This document shows, one piece after another, positions 37,668 through 47,970 of a DNA stretch of 64,000 nt. Source of the stretch: a virus; the IMG/VR virus record IMGVR_UViG_3300035180_002574, positions 1-64,000 of that record; one strand, written 5' to 3'. Position 1 is the first letter of the stretch, and every line of letters starts with the position of its first letter. Under the pieces are notes generated by a model. That model saw only the letters and a program-made list of their open reading frames with translations, was not told where the DNA came from and did no database searches. The position numbers were made by a program, and so were the translations under genes.

Positions 37668-38162
37668 TTAGACTGGTTCTTCGTAGAAGTAAACCGAGAC
37701 GCCTTTTTCAATCAAACATTTTGAAAGAAGCGCGCTAAGTTCCGGGATCGAATCCGTTAGTAATGTAGAAACGTGAACAGTTGCTTTTTCATATTTGGCA
37801 GACGCACAAACTTTATTCAAGCACGATTCAAGAGCATCAAGGTCGGTATCTAATTTGTCGGTTTGACAAAGCATGTGAATTACCCAGGTATCGCTCTGAA
37901 CCGCGGTAGTGTTGGTCGCGCCCAATTTATAGTCTCCAGTACGGGTATTATACCAGCCTTTAGCCTCTTCCTTTACCTTCTTCCACTTCTTATCGAATAA
38001 GGGGTAAAGGGGACTTTCAGTCTTTCCTGCCATATTATTAATGGATAGGACGAATCTTAATCCAGCATTTTCTGGAGCTAAAATGCTTCCCTTGATCAAT
38101 TTGGTTTTGCCCATTGGCTGAAATCTATTCTTTTCTTCGGTGTTAGTTAGTGGTTTGCTCAT
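37668..38162 (-). CDS. Divergent macrodomain-like protein
   Basis: IKGSIL / SINN / LG...VQ / VIHMLCQ / L..CL..V / VHV / GVSVYFYE pattern; the canonical Gly loops are not evident. Confidence 0.55.
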   Translation of the reverse strand: MSKPLTNTEEKNRFQPMGKTKLIKGSILAPENAGLRFVLSINNMAGKTESPLYPLFDKKWKKVKEEAKGWYNTRTGDYKLGATNTTAVQSDTWVIHMLCQTDKLDTDLDALESCLNKVCASAKYEKATVHVSTLLTDSIPELSALLSKCLIEKGVSVYFYEEPV

Positions 38163-38198
38163 TTTATGTTCCTTAATTACTCCACGCACTACTATATA

Positions 38199-38582
38199 TC
38201 AGCGATCGAAGTCTTTTAGGTTTTCTGGATCTTCTGCTAGCTTTTCTAATTTGTTTTTTACCTCATCGAAATGACCGATAAAAAAGTAAAACCCAGTAAC
38301 CAATTCCGATGAATAAGAGTCCGTTATTAAGAAAATCGGCTTGTTATTGGCGTTTTTCATTAAATGAAATACTGCGCAAATTGCGCTAATCAGCCCGTCA
38401 TATCTTGGTTTGGTTTTATCTTTTTCTCGCAAAATAAATGAAAAGGCGGCATTTTCTAAGACGCTCGATGCAAGTTTAGAAGCTAAACCATTTAGAACAA
38501 CCGATTCATTTATCTGATCTGCTCTGCCTTCATGTGTATGATTGTCATCAATGTAATGAGTGTTGTCGAATAAAAAAATCAT
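38199..38582 (-). CDS. Hypothetical protein
   Basis: ORF track. Confidence 0.7.
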   Translation of the reverse strand: MIFLFDNTHYIDDNHTHEGRADQINESVVLNGLASKLASSVLENAAFSFILREKDKTKPRYDGLISAICAVFHLMKNANNKPIFLITDSYSSELVTGFYFFIGHFDEVKNKLEKLAEDPENLKDFDR

Positions 38583-39193
38583 AATCTCTCCACAATGTTT
38601 TCAAGCTCGCCCATCTTGCCGAAATAGTTTTTTGCATCATCTAATGTAAACTGAAATGTTTTGAATCCAAATTTTTGGGAGGCTTCCAAATTTTCTGACA
38701 GATCATCTATGTAAACACAATTTTTGAATTCTGGATTAGACATTAAAAAACTAATATAGAACAGATCATTTGGTTTGCGGGCACCAACTTGGCAACTAAA
38801 ATGTTTAATAGCTTCTCTATAGAAATTATAACTTCCAAGTGTTTTTTTCATCATTTCGGCGTGTTCGGGTCCTATATTAGATAATAAAGCAATCTTAAGA
38901 TCATATTTTTCTTGCCACTCATCTAGTTTGCCTAAAAAATATGGGTTTGCAGTTATACATCCTTCCCACTCATATTTAATGATATCTATAATTACTTCAG
39001 ATCTAATATGTAATTTATCTCGTAGTTCTGCTGCAATATCTGTAAGCCCGAGATCATGAGATTTTTGAATCCTTTGAATAAAGTATTTGGCTTCCTCCAA
39101 CGTGGTATTGGCGTGCTTGGAGATTGCTTCAAACAACTTTCTAAAATCAACATAACATAAAACGTTACCTATATCTATAGCTAAATACTTCAT
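38579..39193 (-). CDS. HAD-superfamily phosphatase
   Basis: DIGNVL, LSN, RKP, IDD..EN. Confidence 0.88.
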   Translation of the reverse strand: MKYLAIDIGNVLCYVDFRKLFEAISKHANTTLEEAKYFIQRIQKSHDLGLTDIAAELRDKLHIRSEVIIDIIKYEWEGCITANPYFLGKLDEWQEKYDLKIALLSNIGPEHAEMMKKTLGSYNFYREAIKHFSCQVGARKPNDLFYISFLMSNPEFKNCVYIDDLSENLEASQKFGFKTFQFTLDDAKNYFGKMGELENIVERL

Positions 39194-40161
39194 GCGTCTT
39201 TTAAATCCTCATGCAATAAGCTTATGCTTGCGCTGTATAATGGTTGTATTTTTTTATCCATAAATTGGTTGATATCATCACCAAGATAATATGATGCGCT
39301 CAAACCAAGATGTCTTGAATACAATGAATTAGTAATACATTCTAGATCTTTATAATTAGTAACTGTTATACTAAATTTTCCGTTATAAAATGCATCTGCT
39401 AAAAAACTTGTTTGACCCTCACACACAAATAGTGGAGAGTTAAATATGTTACAATAATAATCTTCAGATTTCCAAATTGGTTTTGATATAACCGTAGAAT
39501 ATTTTTCATACGGGAATTCTGAAAATATAACGGAGTCATCTTGATGTTTTAACATGTGAGAAATCTGTACATTGGGTAAAAGTAATCCTGCTACTATTTG
39601 GTGTGTGCATGGTTTATACGGTTTGCCAATTTGGTGATATGGTCTAGTCCACTCATATTCTGATTTTATATTGGGAGGCGTATTTATGTCGCCAAAATGA
39701 GAATACACCATTCTTCTATCAGAATTAATAATAATGTTTACTATTTTCTGATAATGATCAGAATCTTGTTTTAAGAGACCTAAATATTGATTAGATAAGC
39801 CTGTATTATATTTGCTTTTATGTGATATGGCAAAATTTATAAGTGATGAGCTATATTGCCAAAGTGGTATGTTTAATAACCGGGCAATATAAGAAGTAAA
39901 ATAGTCCAGATCCGAAATAATCAGATCTGGACCATAAGTTTTTATTTGTTCATAATAGACATGAACATTATCGTTATTTAAGGATATTGATCCATTGGGA
40001 GATAATAATGCATCCAGAGTCCAATCTATATTAATTGGAGGGCTAGATTTTTTGTAAGCGGCTATTTTTAATTGAATTGTGGTTTTACTTAATTCCTGGT
40101 AAACTCTCCACAATTGAATTTTGGAATTGTAATTGTTTCCTGCCGCGTACAATATCTTCAT
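39190..40161 (-). CDS. GT-B fold glycosyltransferase-like (MJ1255-type), divergent
   Basis: MKILY..., PDLIISD.D...ARLLNIP, G.TSF.ADA.Y.GK; lacks the N-terminal GH. Confidence 0.65.
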   Translation of the reverse strand: MKILYAAGNNYNSKIQLWRVYQELSKTTIQLKIAAYKKSSPPINIDWTLDALLSPNGSISLNNDNVHVYYEQIKTYGPDLIISDLDYFTSYIARLLNIPLWQYSSSLINFAISHKSKYNTGLSNQYLGLLKQDSDHYQKIVNIIINSDRRMVYSHFGDINTPPNIKSEYEWTRPYHQIGKPYKPCTHQIVAGLLLPNVQISHMLKHQDDSVIFSEFPYEKYSTVISKPIWKSEDYYCNIFNSPLFVCEGQTSFLADAFYNGKFSITVTNYKDLECITNSLYSRHLGLSASYYLGDDINQFMDKKIQPLYSASISLLHEDLKDA

Positions 40162-40745
40162 TTATTTAATACAGATTTGAAAAACTCAACTTGTTTTTCA
40201 AAAACTTCCTTGGTAGCTTTCACGTCAGCTTCGGCTGAGTGCGCTTTTTCGTTTTTCACACCATATTTCTTGACCAAATTGGATAAGCTGTATCCTTCAG
40301 CCATTTTACCTTTGCAAAAATCCATAAAGAACTCTAATTGCATGGTGTCTAGAGATCGTCTTCCAAAAGGATAGGTGTCCTTGGCATTACACTTGTTCCA
40401 TAATTGTTGAAGCATGTCTCGGTCAAATGCAATATTTTGACCAACAAGAATTCTATCTTCGGCAGGAGACCCATCTTCCTGGATCCAGTTTTCTATTTCT
40501 ACCAAGGCAGCGTTGGGATCTTTATAGGTATCTTTGCCATATTTCGTAAGCAACTTAAGATCCTCTAATTTATGACCATTGATTCTTAATGCGGCAGACT
40601 CTGCTTGATCTGGGTTAAGAGGTTTCAAAAACCAAGTCTTTTGGATGCCGTCCGAAAGACGAAGCAGAGATAACTCAATTACATCATGAGTCCTGCTGTC
40701 CAATCCTGTTGTTTCTACGTCAGCCACATAAAGCGTATATTTCAT
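40158..40745 (-). CDS. Second DEDDh exonuclease
   Basis: ADVETTG, GQNIAFD, AHSAEADV. Confidence 0.9.
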   Translation of the reverse strand: MKYTLYVADVETTGLDSRTHDVIELSLLRLSDGIQKTWFLKPLNPDQAESAALRINGHKLEDLKLLTKYGKDTYKDPNAALVEIENWIQEDGSPAEDRILVGQNIAFDRDMLQQLWNKCNAKDTYPFGRRSLDTMQLEFFMDFCKGKMAEGYSLSNLVKKYGVKNEKAHSAEADVKATKEVFEKQVEFFKSVLNK

Positions 40746-40774
40746 TTAACACCCTTTGTTAGTTATTCCGCACT

Positions 40775-40803
40775 AATATAAGGCGGCTGCCGCCGGCTGT
40801 CAA
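40775..40803 (-). promoter_or_regulatory. sigma70-type promoter TTGACA-17-TATATT with an inverted repeat in the spacer
   Basis: TTGACA gccggcggcagccgcct TATATT upstream of the gene starting at 40745. Confidence 0.65.
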
Positions 40804-40805
40804 GC

Positions 40806-41240
40806 TCAGGATTTATTTATCTTTTTGCGCCCGCGCTTCTTTGGGACTTTTTTATTACTAGCTTCTACTTTTACTTCTTCTGATTTACTGATAGTCTTTT
40901 TTAGCTCTGTTCGAAAACTGTTTAATGATTTTATTCCAGTTTTCGCTTGAGCTAAAATGAAATTAAAACCCTCAACTGTTTGAAGGTATTCTCTTTCTCT
41001 TTTAGAGATTTTAGTACTTTCAATAGTAAAAATAACTTTATTATCTTGCATGACCTTCCATTTTTCTCCCTTGTTTGGCATGGAGGATCGCTTAACTCTA
41101 ATTACTTTCTCAGCAATATCATCTTCTTCATGATAAAGATCATATTCAAACTTACTGAAAGTATATTTTGAATTTTGTTCCTTTACTTCATCAGTAATCG
41201 GGGTAACAAAAGAATTATCATTATTAGTTTTAGTGGACAT
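40806..41240 (-). CDS. Hypothetical protein with a basic tail
   Basis: ORF track. Confidence 0.7.
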   Translation of the reverse strand: MSTKTNNDNSFVTPITDEVKEQNSKYTFSKFEYDLYHEEDDIAEKVIRVKRSSMPNKGEKWKVMQDNKVIFTIESTKISKREREYLQTVEGFNFILAQAKTGIKSLNSFRTELKKTISKSEEVKVEASNKKVPKKRGRKKINKS

Positions 41241-41252
41241 GTTCTTTCTCAA

Positions 41253-42464
41253 TTATTTGCAAATACTATCAACTGCTATTAAGCCAGAAACGCCCGCACT
41301 TAATAAACCAGGGATGCCGGCACTTTCGCCAACAACAAACATGCCCCCTACTTCTGTCTCTAAATTATTACCAATATTTATTTTTGGAGCCAGAGGCATG
41401 ATAGTTGGGGCATGATAATAACCTTTGGTAGCTAAATCTGGAATGATTGCCGTCAATTCATTAATTGATTCTTTTAACCAATCATATTCTTTAATATCTG
41501 ATATTTTAGATTTACCAGACAAAATATGAGTTATTCTTTCTTTAATAACTCTATCGTTAGTTAAAACAAATGTTAATTTACCAATTCTATCTGTTTGTTC
41601 AAATCCTTTATTTGGAAAGGGTCTATTTCCTATTAAAGAAAATGAAACCTTATCTGATAACCATCTATTTTCATTGGATCTAAATGCAGATATAGCCATG
41701 TCGATATGATCTTCTGGAATAACCGTTCCATTCCATGAAAATGGTCCTAACTCCAAATCATCTCGTATTAAAGAACAGTTGGACTTATTAAAATCCTTCA
41801 TATATGAAGAATTAATTTCCACTCTAATTCCAAATCTAGCAATATCGTTATTATCTACAATTCCAAATGAATTGAATAGATCTTTAGCCCATCTCCAACC
41901 ACTCCTACCAGCTGCAATAATTACTTTTTTACATTTATACTCTTGACCTTCGCCTCCAATAATAACGAAGTATCCCTTTTGTTTGTAAATGGTTTTGATT
42001 TCATTATCAAAACTCAAAGTAACGTTTTTACAATCTTCGGCTGCATCAGAAATGTATTTAGACAATGAATGTACTTCTTTTGGGTACATTTGAATGTAAT
42101 CATTCGTAACTATCTGAAAATTAAGTTTATTAATTTTCTTGGTGAGAGCCGCATTGGGAGCCTTATCACGTATGATTTTAAACAAATCAATATTTGACAA
42201 TGCTTTATTTAACCAAGTATTGGCTGATTTTGCTCTGCGTAATCCAGTGATTTCTGCCACTCTATCAATATCGCTAAGATAGAACTTTCCATCACTGTTT
42301 GGAAGACACCCGAGCCAACCCTCTAGCTGGCGGCGCCTTTTCATGGGCGGTCTGCCCAAATCAAAAACTATAGTTTTAACGTCACGATACTCTTTTGCAA
42401 TCTTCAAAGTTGCAAAAGCTCCCGCCACACCGGCACCAATGATTCCTATATCGAAATTACTCAT
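41253..42464 (-). CDS. FAD-dependent oxidoreductase
   Basis: IIGAGVAG, IIAAGRSG, VVGESAG. Confidence 0.85.
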   Translation of the reverse strand: MSNFDIGIIGAGVAGAFATLKIAKEYRDVKTIVFDLGRPPMKRRRQLEGWLGCLPNSDGKFYLSDIDRVAEITGLRRAKSANTWLNKALSNIDLFKIIRDKAPNAALTKKINKLNFQIVTNDYIQMYPKEVHSLSKYISDAAEDCKNVTLSFDNEIKTIYKQKGYFVIIGGEGQEYKCKKVIIAAGRSGWRWAKDLFNSFGIVDNNDIARFGIRVEINSSYMKDFNKSNCSLIRDDLELGPFSWNGTVIPEDHIDMAISAFRSNENRWLSDKVSFSLIGNRPFPNKGFEQTDRIGKLTFVLTNDRVIKERITHILSGKSKISDIKEYDWLKESINELTAIIPDLATKGYYHAPTIMPLAPKINIGNNLETEVGGMFVVGESAGIPGLLSAGVSGLIAVDSICK

Positions 42465-42528
42465 ATTTTAATATTCCGCAAATGTGCTTATGCACACGCC
42501 GAGTATTATATCATGAGGTAAATTTCTT

Positions 42529-43182
42529 TTACACTTTTTCGATCAATACATCAATAGTATCAAGCACTTTATCATCATATGGGTGCTGGTTATTTAAAAT
42601 CTTTTGAATAGCACCATCAAATTGCCTGTCGATATTAGAAAATGGCCACATATAATAATAGTATCTTTCTTTAAACTGTTCTAGATAGCCCCGTTTGCTC
42701 ATATTTAGGTCTACACTAAAATTTAGTTTTTTACTTAATTTATACAAAGAGTACATCGAGACAATATAAGCCCTCTTTTCAAAATACATTCTAAAATAAG
42801 CTGGAATTGGCAAAGCAGCGATAATTAATAAAGGCAAGAATATCTTCCAAGACAATAATAGAAGAGGTAGAAATAATAAAACTAATATCTGTGGAAACAA
42901 ATATAAGAACCCAAAGAGAAATTTACTAATCTTTTTGGCATCATTAATATGTATTAATTCATGAAGTAAGACTATAGAGCTTGATACTGGTCTTGCTTTA
43001 ACAGAACTTTCGGTAGGGAAATAAACGGTGGAACCAATAGTAGTGATATAACTACTCATAAAATCTTTATTGAAAAATAGTAATTTGCCCAATATTTTCA
43101 TAAAAGTAGATTGATCTTTGTATTTAATCTGAAGATCTGGGAAATTTTCTTTTGCACTAGAAACTAAACTATCAAATGACAT
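42529..43182 (-). CDS. HExxH-motif membrane protein (putative zinc peptidase)
   Basis: LLHELIHI followed by a hydrophobic hairpin and a downstream E; start reassigned to ATG 43182. Confidence 0.6.
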   Translation of the reverse strand: MSFDSLVSSAKENFPDLQIKYKDQSTFMKILGKLLFFNKDFMSSYITTIGSTVYFPTESSVKARPVSSSIVLLHELIHINDAKKISKFLFGFLYLFPQILVLLFLPLLLLSWKIFLPLLIIAALPIPAYFRMYFEKRAYIVSMYSLYKLSKKLNFSVDLNMSKRGYLEQFKERYYYYMWPFSNIDRQFDGAIQKILNNQHPYDDKVLDTIDVLIEKV

Positions 43183-43265
43183 AATGACCGCCTTTACGCC
43201 CAATTTATCAGGCACAGGATATACTAAATTTTTAGTATATATGTGAAATTTATAGAGGTTAAACA

Positions 43266-46200
43266 ATGGTACAAACAAAATATCCAGCTCAATTAGATGA
43301 TAATGCTAGTCTTCCAAAGGCTGTAGATAATAAAACTCCTGTTCAAGCAGACGTAGTTAATAGGTTGCGTGCTGCCATTATTGCTACAGAGTCAGAACTT
43401 GGTGTAAAACCAAGCGGAGTGTATTCTACAGTTAGATCAAGATTAGATATCATTGAAAATGGTTTGAATAATCTTCAAATAATTAAATTAAATCAAGATT
43501 TGGGTGGAACTTTAGATGCACCAAAAGTCATCGGAATTCAGGGAAGACCAGTTTCTAGCGCAAATCCAAACTTATTTGACGCCATTGTTTGGAATGGAAT
43601 TGCCTGGGCGCCTCATGCTATTGGGCTACATGGAGTAATAATTTCTGGAGATCTTTCCGGAGATACAAACTCTCAACGAGTTATTGGAATTCAAGGAAGA
43701 CCAGTTTCTAATACCGCTCCAACTACTGGACAATCATTAGTTTGGAATGGATCTACATGGACTCCAGGCGGTGGATCCAATACGCTAGATGGTGATGTTA
43801 CAGGAGATTCATCTACCAATATCGTTTCTTATATTAAAGGAATTGCTTCTCCAGATCCTGCACATATTGCTGTAGCTGATTTAATTGAAGTTAAATCTGA
43901 TACTACACCACCTCCGCCAGCGGTTGAGGTTCCAAATATTACATCACCTTGTTTTGTAGTAAGCTCTTCCGATGGGTATATTTATGTTGGACAAAACTTT
44001 CCAGATATGGGTCCGGGTCCTGTTCCTATTCCTTCTCCATACGCAAAAGTATATAAAATTAACGTAGACGGAAATGTTGTTTATGGATCTTCATTAATTG
44101 ATTTGTCGAGCATTTGTGATAGTATTTATGATTTGGCAGAAGATGATAATTATTTATATACTGTCTTTGGTGAACATGGCGATGTATTTGCCGCCATCAT
44201 TAATAAATCAACTATGGTAATTGCTGGTTATGGCGCTTTACAAGGCAATGGAAATTCCATTTGTGCCGATAATGCTGGTAATTTTTATTGTATCAGTTAT
44301 AATAGTGGTGTAGGAAATGTATATATTGAAAAATTTATAACAGCAGATTGTTTAGGAACCATTCCTACAACTGCTCCAACATCCAAGGTATCGGCATTGC
44401 TAACCAATACTATTTATAAAATAACGTTTGGTGGTGGTAAAATTTGGGGATGTAATGGTGGCGAATCGGATTATGCGGTAACAAGATTTAATTCAACTAC
44501 TTTAGCTGTAGAATTAGAAGCAAATCTAGTTGGAGATACCACTCTTACTCAGGCAGATGCCATATTGTATAGTAATTCTTTTGTGTGGGCAGGCACTGGA
44601 AGTATAGTATTCAAATTAAACCCTACAGATTTATCTACTCTAAATTATTATGTACTATCAATACCTGCATCATTTAACACGATCGTTCAGCTATGTGGGG
44701 GTCCAGATAATTCTGGAAATTTGCATAATTGTATTTATGCGTCGGATAGATATAATTCTGTAATTGGTCAAATAAATATAAATACCGGATCTGTTAATGT
44801 ATATCCTATGTCTTCCAATAATAATAATGTTATTGCGGGAATAGCTTCAATTGGTAGATTTGTATATGGTATGGTGCCATCAAATAAATTCTCCACAGCT
44901 CAAGTTAGAGTATTTAGTTCATTTAATCAATCTAATAAATCTTTAGTGGGTTATGTTCCTCCAGCTCCTCCAGCCCCTCCACCATATTTGGCTTATTCTA
45001 AAATTGGTGGGGATATATCTGGACCAATAACCAATGTAGTTTTAGAATCAATAAAAGGAATATCAGTACCAGAATATAAGGGAGAGCCTGATAATGACGT
45101 TTTAGGGTTAAAAACTTTAAATATATTTAGCATGCCAACAGGATCGCATTATGATGTTAACACCGGTTTACTTTGGGTCACTGATTATAATTATCCTTAT
45201 GTACATGCCATAGATACCAAAAAAAGACAAGTAATAGCAACTATTAGATTAAATAATGTTATTCAACCAATGGAATCTTCATTTACATGGGAATTAAATG
45301 TTAATGAAGGTCAAACTACTGATTATGGATTAAGACTAACAGCAGATGACGATTATGTTTATATTAATGATAACTCTGATAGTGATCCTTCATTAATATT
45401 TGTCATTAGCAAAAAAACTAAAAAAGTAGTGGGAGTATTAAATACTACTGATCCTGTAGTAGATCTATCACCAGATAACAAAGGTAATTTATGGGTAACT
45501 GTTAATTTTGCCGGGTATCCAGACTCTCCGCCACCAGGATTTACCAACGTTAGAAGATATAGTTTACAGCCAATTTTAGCATCATTTCCGGCAACATATG
45601 TTCTTAATGCAAGTGTTGCTACTATGATTGATAATCAATTTAGTGCAATTTGCTATGGAGATAATGAAGTTTGGGCAGGTTCAAATGACCCAAGCCATAC
45701 TGTATACAGATTAAATGAGTCTGCCAACATCATATCTTCGGGTGGAGCATCGCTTTCTAATTTTACAAACTATTATGGTATGTCATATATAAATGGTAAC
45801 GTATATGCTGGATCCAATAATAGATCTTTAGTAAAAATTAGTCCGTCATTATTCCCGGGTCCAGGCTCTATTACAACAAGAAATATTGGTATTATTGTAC
45901 CAGGTACTTATAGATTAGCATATCCAGTTTATGATGATGTAAATAAATTAATTTTAGTAGCCGATAATTATAATGCTTTAATTTATAGGTTTGATGAATC
46001 TCACTTTATATTTTTTGACTCTATTAAACAAGATAATTTGATCGGGGGTCATATTGGTTTTCCAAGTGTACCATCAGTAGTTTATTCCAAATCAACTTCT
46101 GAAATTTGGGCGCCAACCGGCTGGCATGCATTAAATATCAATTCAGACACTGGATCAGCAGGAGATGATTATACTACGGCAACATGGTTGGGACCAGTTC

Positions 46201-47960
46201 AATTAGAATATATGTCTCCTCAAACAATTAGTGGCGTAACAGTTAGTGGTACGCCGTCTATTGGTCAAGTATTAACTGCTACTTCTTCTACAACAGCAGA
46301 CTGGGAAACCAAAACATCAAATGTAATTGATGGAGTTACAGTTTCTGGTGTTCCAGCATTTGGACAAGCCATACTAGCAAATTCTAATACTACTGCATCT
46401 TGGCAAGATATCACCACAATAGCTGGTACTTTTATTAATGGGTCCGCATACACCTCTCCTGTTGATAATGTTATATTAACCGCAACTGCATCTGGAAATG
46501 CTAGTTGGTTGCCATTAGCATATGATAATGCTAATGCTGCTAGAGTTACAGATTCTATTGGAGCGTCTGTAGAATATAGATTAGAGAAAAATATAAATAT
46601 AGGATCTAACCCTGGAGACGTTCATATCCATGATGGTTATAATTTATGGGTTATTGGTATTGTTAGTGGTAATTTATACATCACTTGCATAAATAAAATA
46701 ACTGGCAACATTGATTCTAGTAGAACTGGAATATATGATGCTGATGCTACATATTCTGTTGTAGCTGCATCCAGTTATGGATATTTGGTTACTCAAAAAT
46801 ATGCGTGTGGAGTTTATGGAAACGGTCTTAATGGAGAGAAATTCTATATTTATATAGGGTACAAACAAACCTCCACCAACTTACCAGTATTGGCTGTATT
46901 TGATCCGACAACAAATGTATTAACTAAAACAACATTAAGTGTAAGCACGGGGCAAACACGAGCCCTTTTCTTTGATGGCAAATATCTGTGGGCAGCATAC
47001 CAATTAGATAGCGCAAATGGAGTAATTGCTAAGATTGATGCGTTTGGTAATCCCGGCGGTCTTACCGTTACAAGCGCCGTTGCCATTCCAGATACCTGGG
47101 CTCCTTCCATTTTTATTAAAACAAATGTTGGAATAATTTTTATTACATTGGGTCCATCTCCCAACTATTATTCAAATGTTTACATATTTGATAATATTGG
47201 TGCCACCTGCACACTTGTACAAAATGCTTTTGCTCAATACAATACTGTTGCATATGACGGAAACTATATTTATACTGTCCACGCAAATAATGTTACAAAT
47301 AAAAATGGAGTCTCTGCTTCTTTTGGTATTCAATCCTTAAATAAGTATTTTACTAGTGTTTTAGCCTCAGCAAACAAATTAGTATTTGATGGTAGATATA
47401 TTTGGCTATTAAATAGGGGATATGATGGAAAAAATTATCTATATGCCACAGATCCATTATTATATACAAGTAATAGCACTAATTGTATAGTGGCTTGGGG
47501 AATTCAAGCGTCTGGAAACACTACTTACGTATATGACATGACATATGATAACGATTCTATTTGGACGTCTGGACAATCTTATGTTGTACAAATGTCTAAA
47601 AGAAAATATGTAAATACATATGGAATCAATAATGCTGGTCCGCTAGTTGAGAGAGTCAGGTTATCTCAACCGCCATTAACAGTCAGTACAAATGTTAATG
47701 AAAATGAAAATATAATTTTAGTATCTCCTTCTGGCGGGTACGACGCTTCCAATGTAGTTGTTAATCTTCCTGCAAATGCAGTGGTTGGGCAGGAATTTAC
47801 TATCAAAGATGCTGCTGGAACCGCCGCCACACATAATTTGATTATTACTCCTCCTGACGGTCATACCATTGATGGCGCTTCAACACAATCAATCGCCACC
47901 AATTATGGTCGTATGAAAGTAATATACAACGGAAGCAGTTCTTGGTTTATTATAGGATAA
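43266..47960 (+). CDS. Large fibre/virion protein with beta-propeller-like repeats
   Basis: Repeated GDL.G...V..IQG.PVS...P..GQ.L.WNG..W modules, VTVSG.P..GQ repeats, and a C-terminal LP....G...IKD..G.A...NI.I....IDG module. Confidence 0.8.
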   Translation: MVQTKYPAQLDDNASLPKAVDNKTPVQADVVNRLRAAIIATESELGVKPSGVYSTVRSRLDIIENGLNNLQIIKLNQDLGGTLDAPKVIGIQGRPVSSANPNLFDAIVWNGIAWAPHAIGLHGVIISGDLSGDTNSQRVIGIQGRPVSNTAPTTGQSLVWNGSTWTPGGGSNTLDGDVTGDSSTNIVSYIKGIASPDPAHIAVADLIEVKSDTTPPPPAVEVPNITSPCFVVSSSDGYIYVGQNFPDMGPGPVPIPSPYAKVYKINVDGNVVYGSSLIDLSSICDSIYDLAEDDNYLYTVFGEHGDVFAAIINKSTMVIAGYGALQGNGNSICADNAGNFYCISYNSGVGNVYIEKFITADCLGTIPTTAPTSKVSALLTNTIYKITFGGGKIWGCNGGESDYAVTRFNSTTLAVELEANLVGDTTLTQADAILYSNSFVWAGTGSIVFKLNPTDLSTLNYYVLSIPASFNTIVQLCGGPDNSGNLHNCIYASDRYNSVIGQININTGSVNVYPMSSNNNNVIAGIASIGRFVYGMVPSNKFSTAQVRVFSSFNQSNKSLVGYVPPAPPAPPPYLAYSKIGGDISGPITNVVLESIKGISVPEYKGEPDNDVLGLKTLNIFSMPTGSHYDVNTGLLWVTDYNYPYVHAIDTKKRQVIATIRLNNVIQPMESSFTWELNVNEGQTTDYGLRLTADDDYVYINDNSDSDPSLIFVISKKTKKVVGVLNTTDPVVDLSPDNKGNLWVTVNFAGYPDSPPPGFTNVRRYSLQPILASFPATYVLNASVATMIDNQFSAICYGDNEVWAGSNDPSHTVYRLNESANIISSGGASLSNFTNYYGMSYINGNVYAGSNNRSLVKISPSLFPGPGSITTRNIGIIVPGTYRLAYPVYDDVNKLILVADNYNALIYRFDESHFIFFDSIKQDNLIGGHIGFPSVPSVVYSKSTSEIWAPTGWHALNINSDTGSAGDDYTTATWLGPVQLEYMSPQTISGVTVSGTPSIGQVLTATSSTTADWETKTSNVIDGVTVSGVPAFGQAILANSNTTASWQDITTIAGTFINGSAYTSPVDNVILTATASGNASWLPLAYDNANAARVTDSIGASVEYRLEKNINIGSNPGDVHIHDGYNLWVIGIVSGNLYITCINKITGNIDSSRTGIYDADATYSVVAASSYGYLVTQKYACGVYGNGLNGEKFYIYIGYKQTSTNLPVLAVFDPTTNVLTKTTLSVSTGQTRALFFDGKYLWAAYQLDSANGVIAKIDAFGNPGGLTVTSAVAIPDTWAPSIFIKTNVGIIFITLGPSPNYYSNVYIFDNIGATCTLVQNAFAQYNTVAYDGNYIYTVHANNVTNKNGVSASFGIQSLNKYFTSVLASANKLVFDGRYIWLLNRGYDGKNYLYATDPLLYTSNSTNCIVAWGIQASGNTTYVYDMTYDNDSIWTSGQSYVVQMSKRKYVNTYGINNAGPLVERVRLSQPPLTVSTNVNENENIILVSPSGGYDASNVVVNLPANAVVGQEFTIKDAAGTAATHNLIITPPDGHTIDGASTQSIATNYGRMKVIYNGSSSWFIIG

Positions 47961-47970
47961 TGAGGAATAA

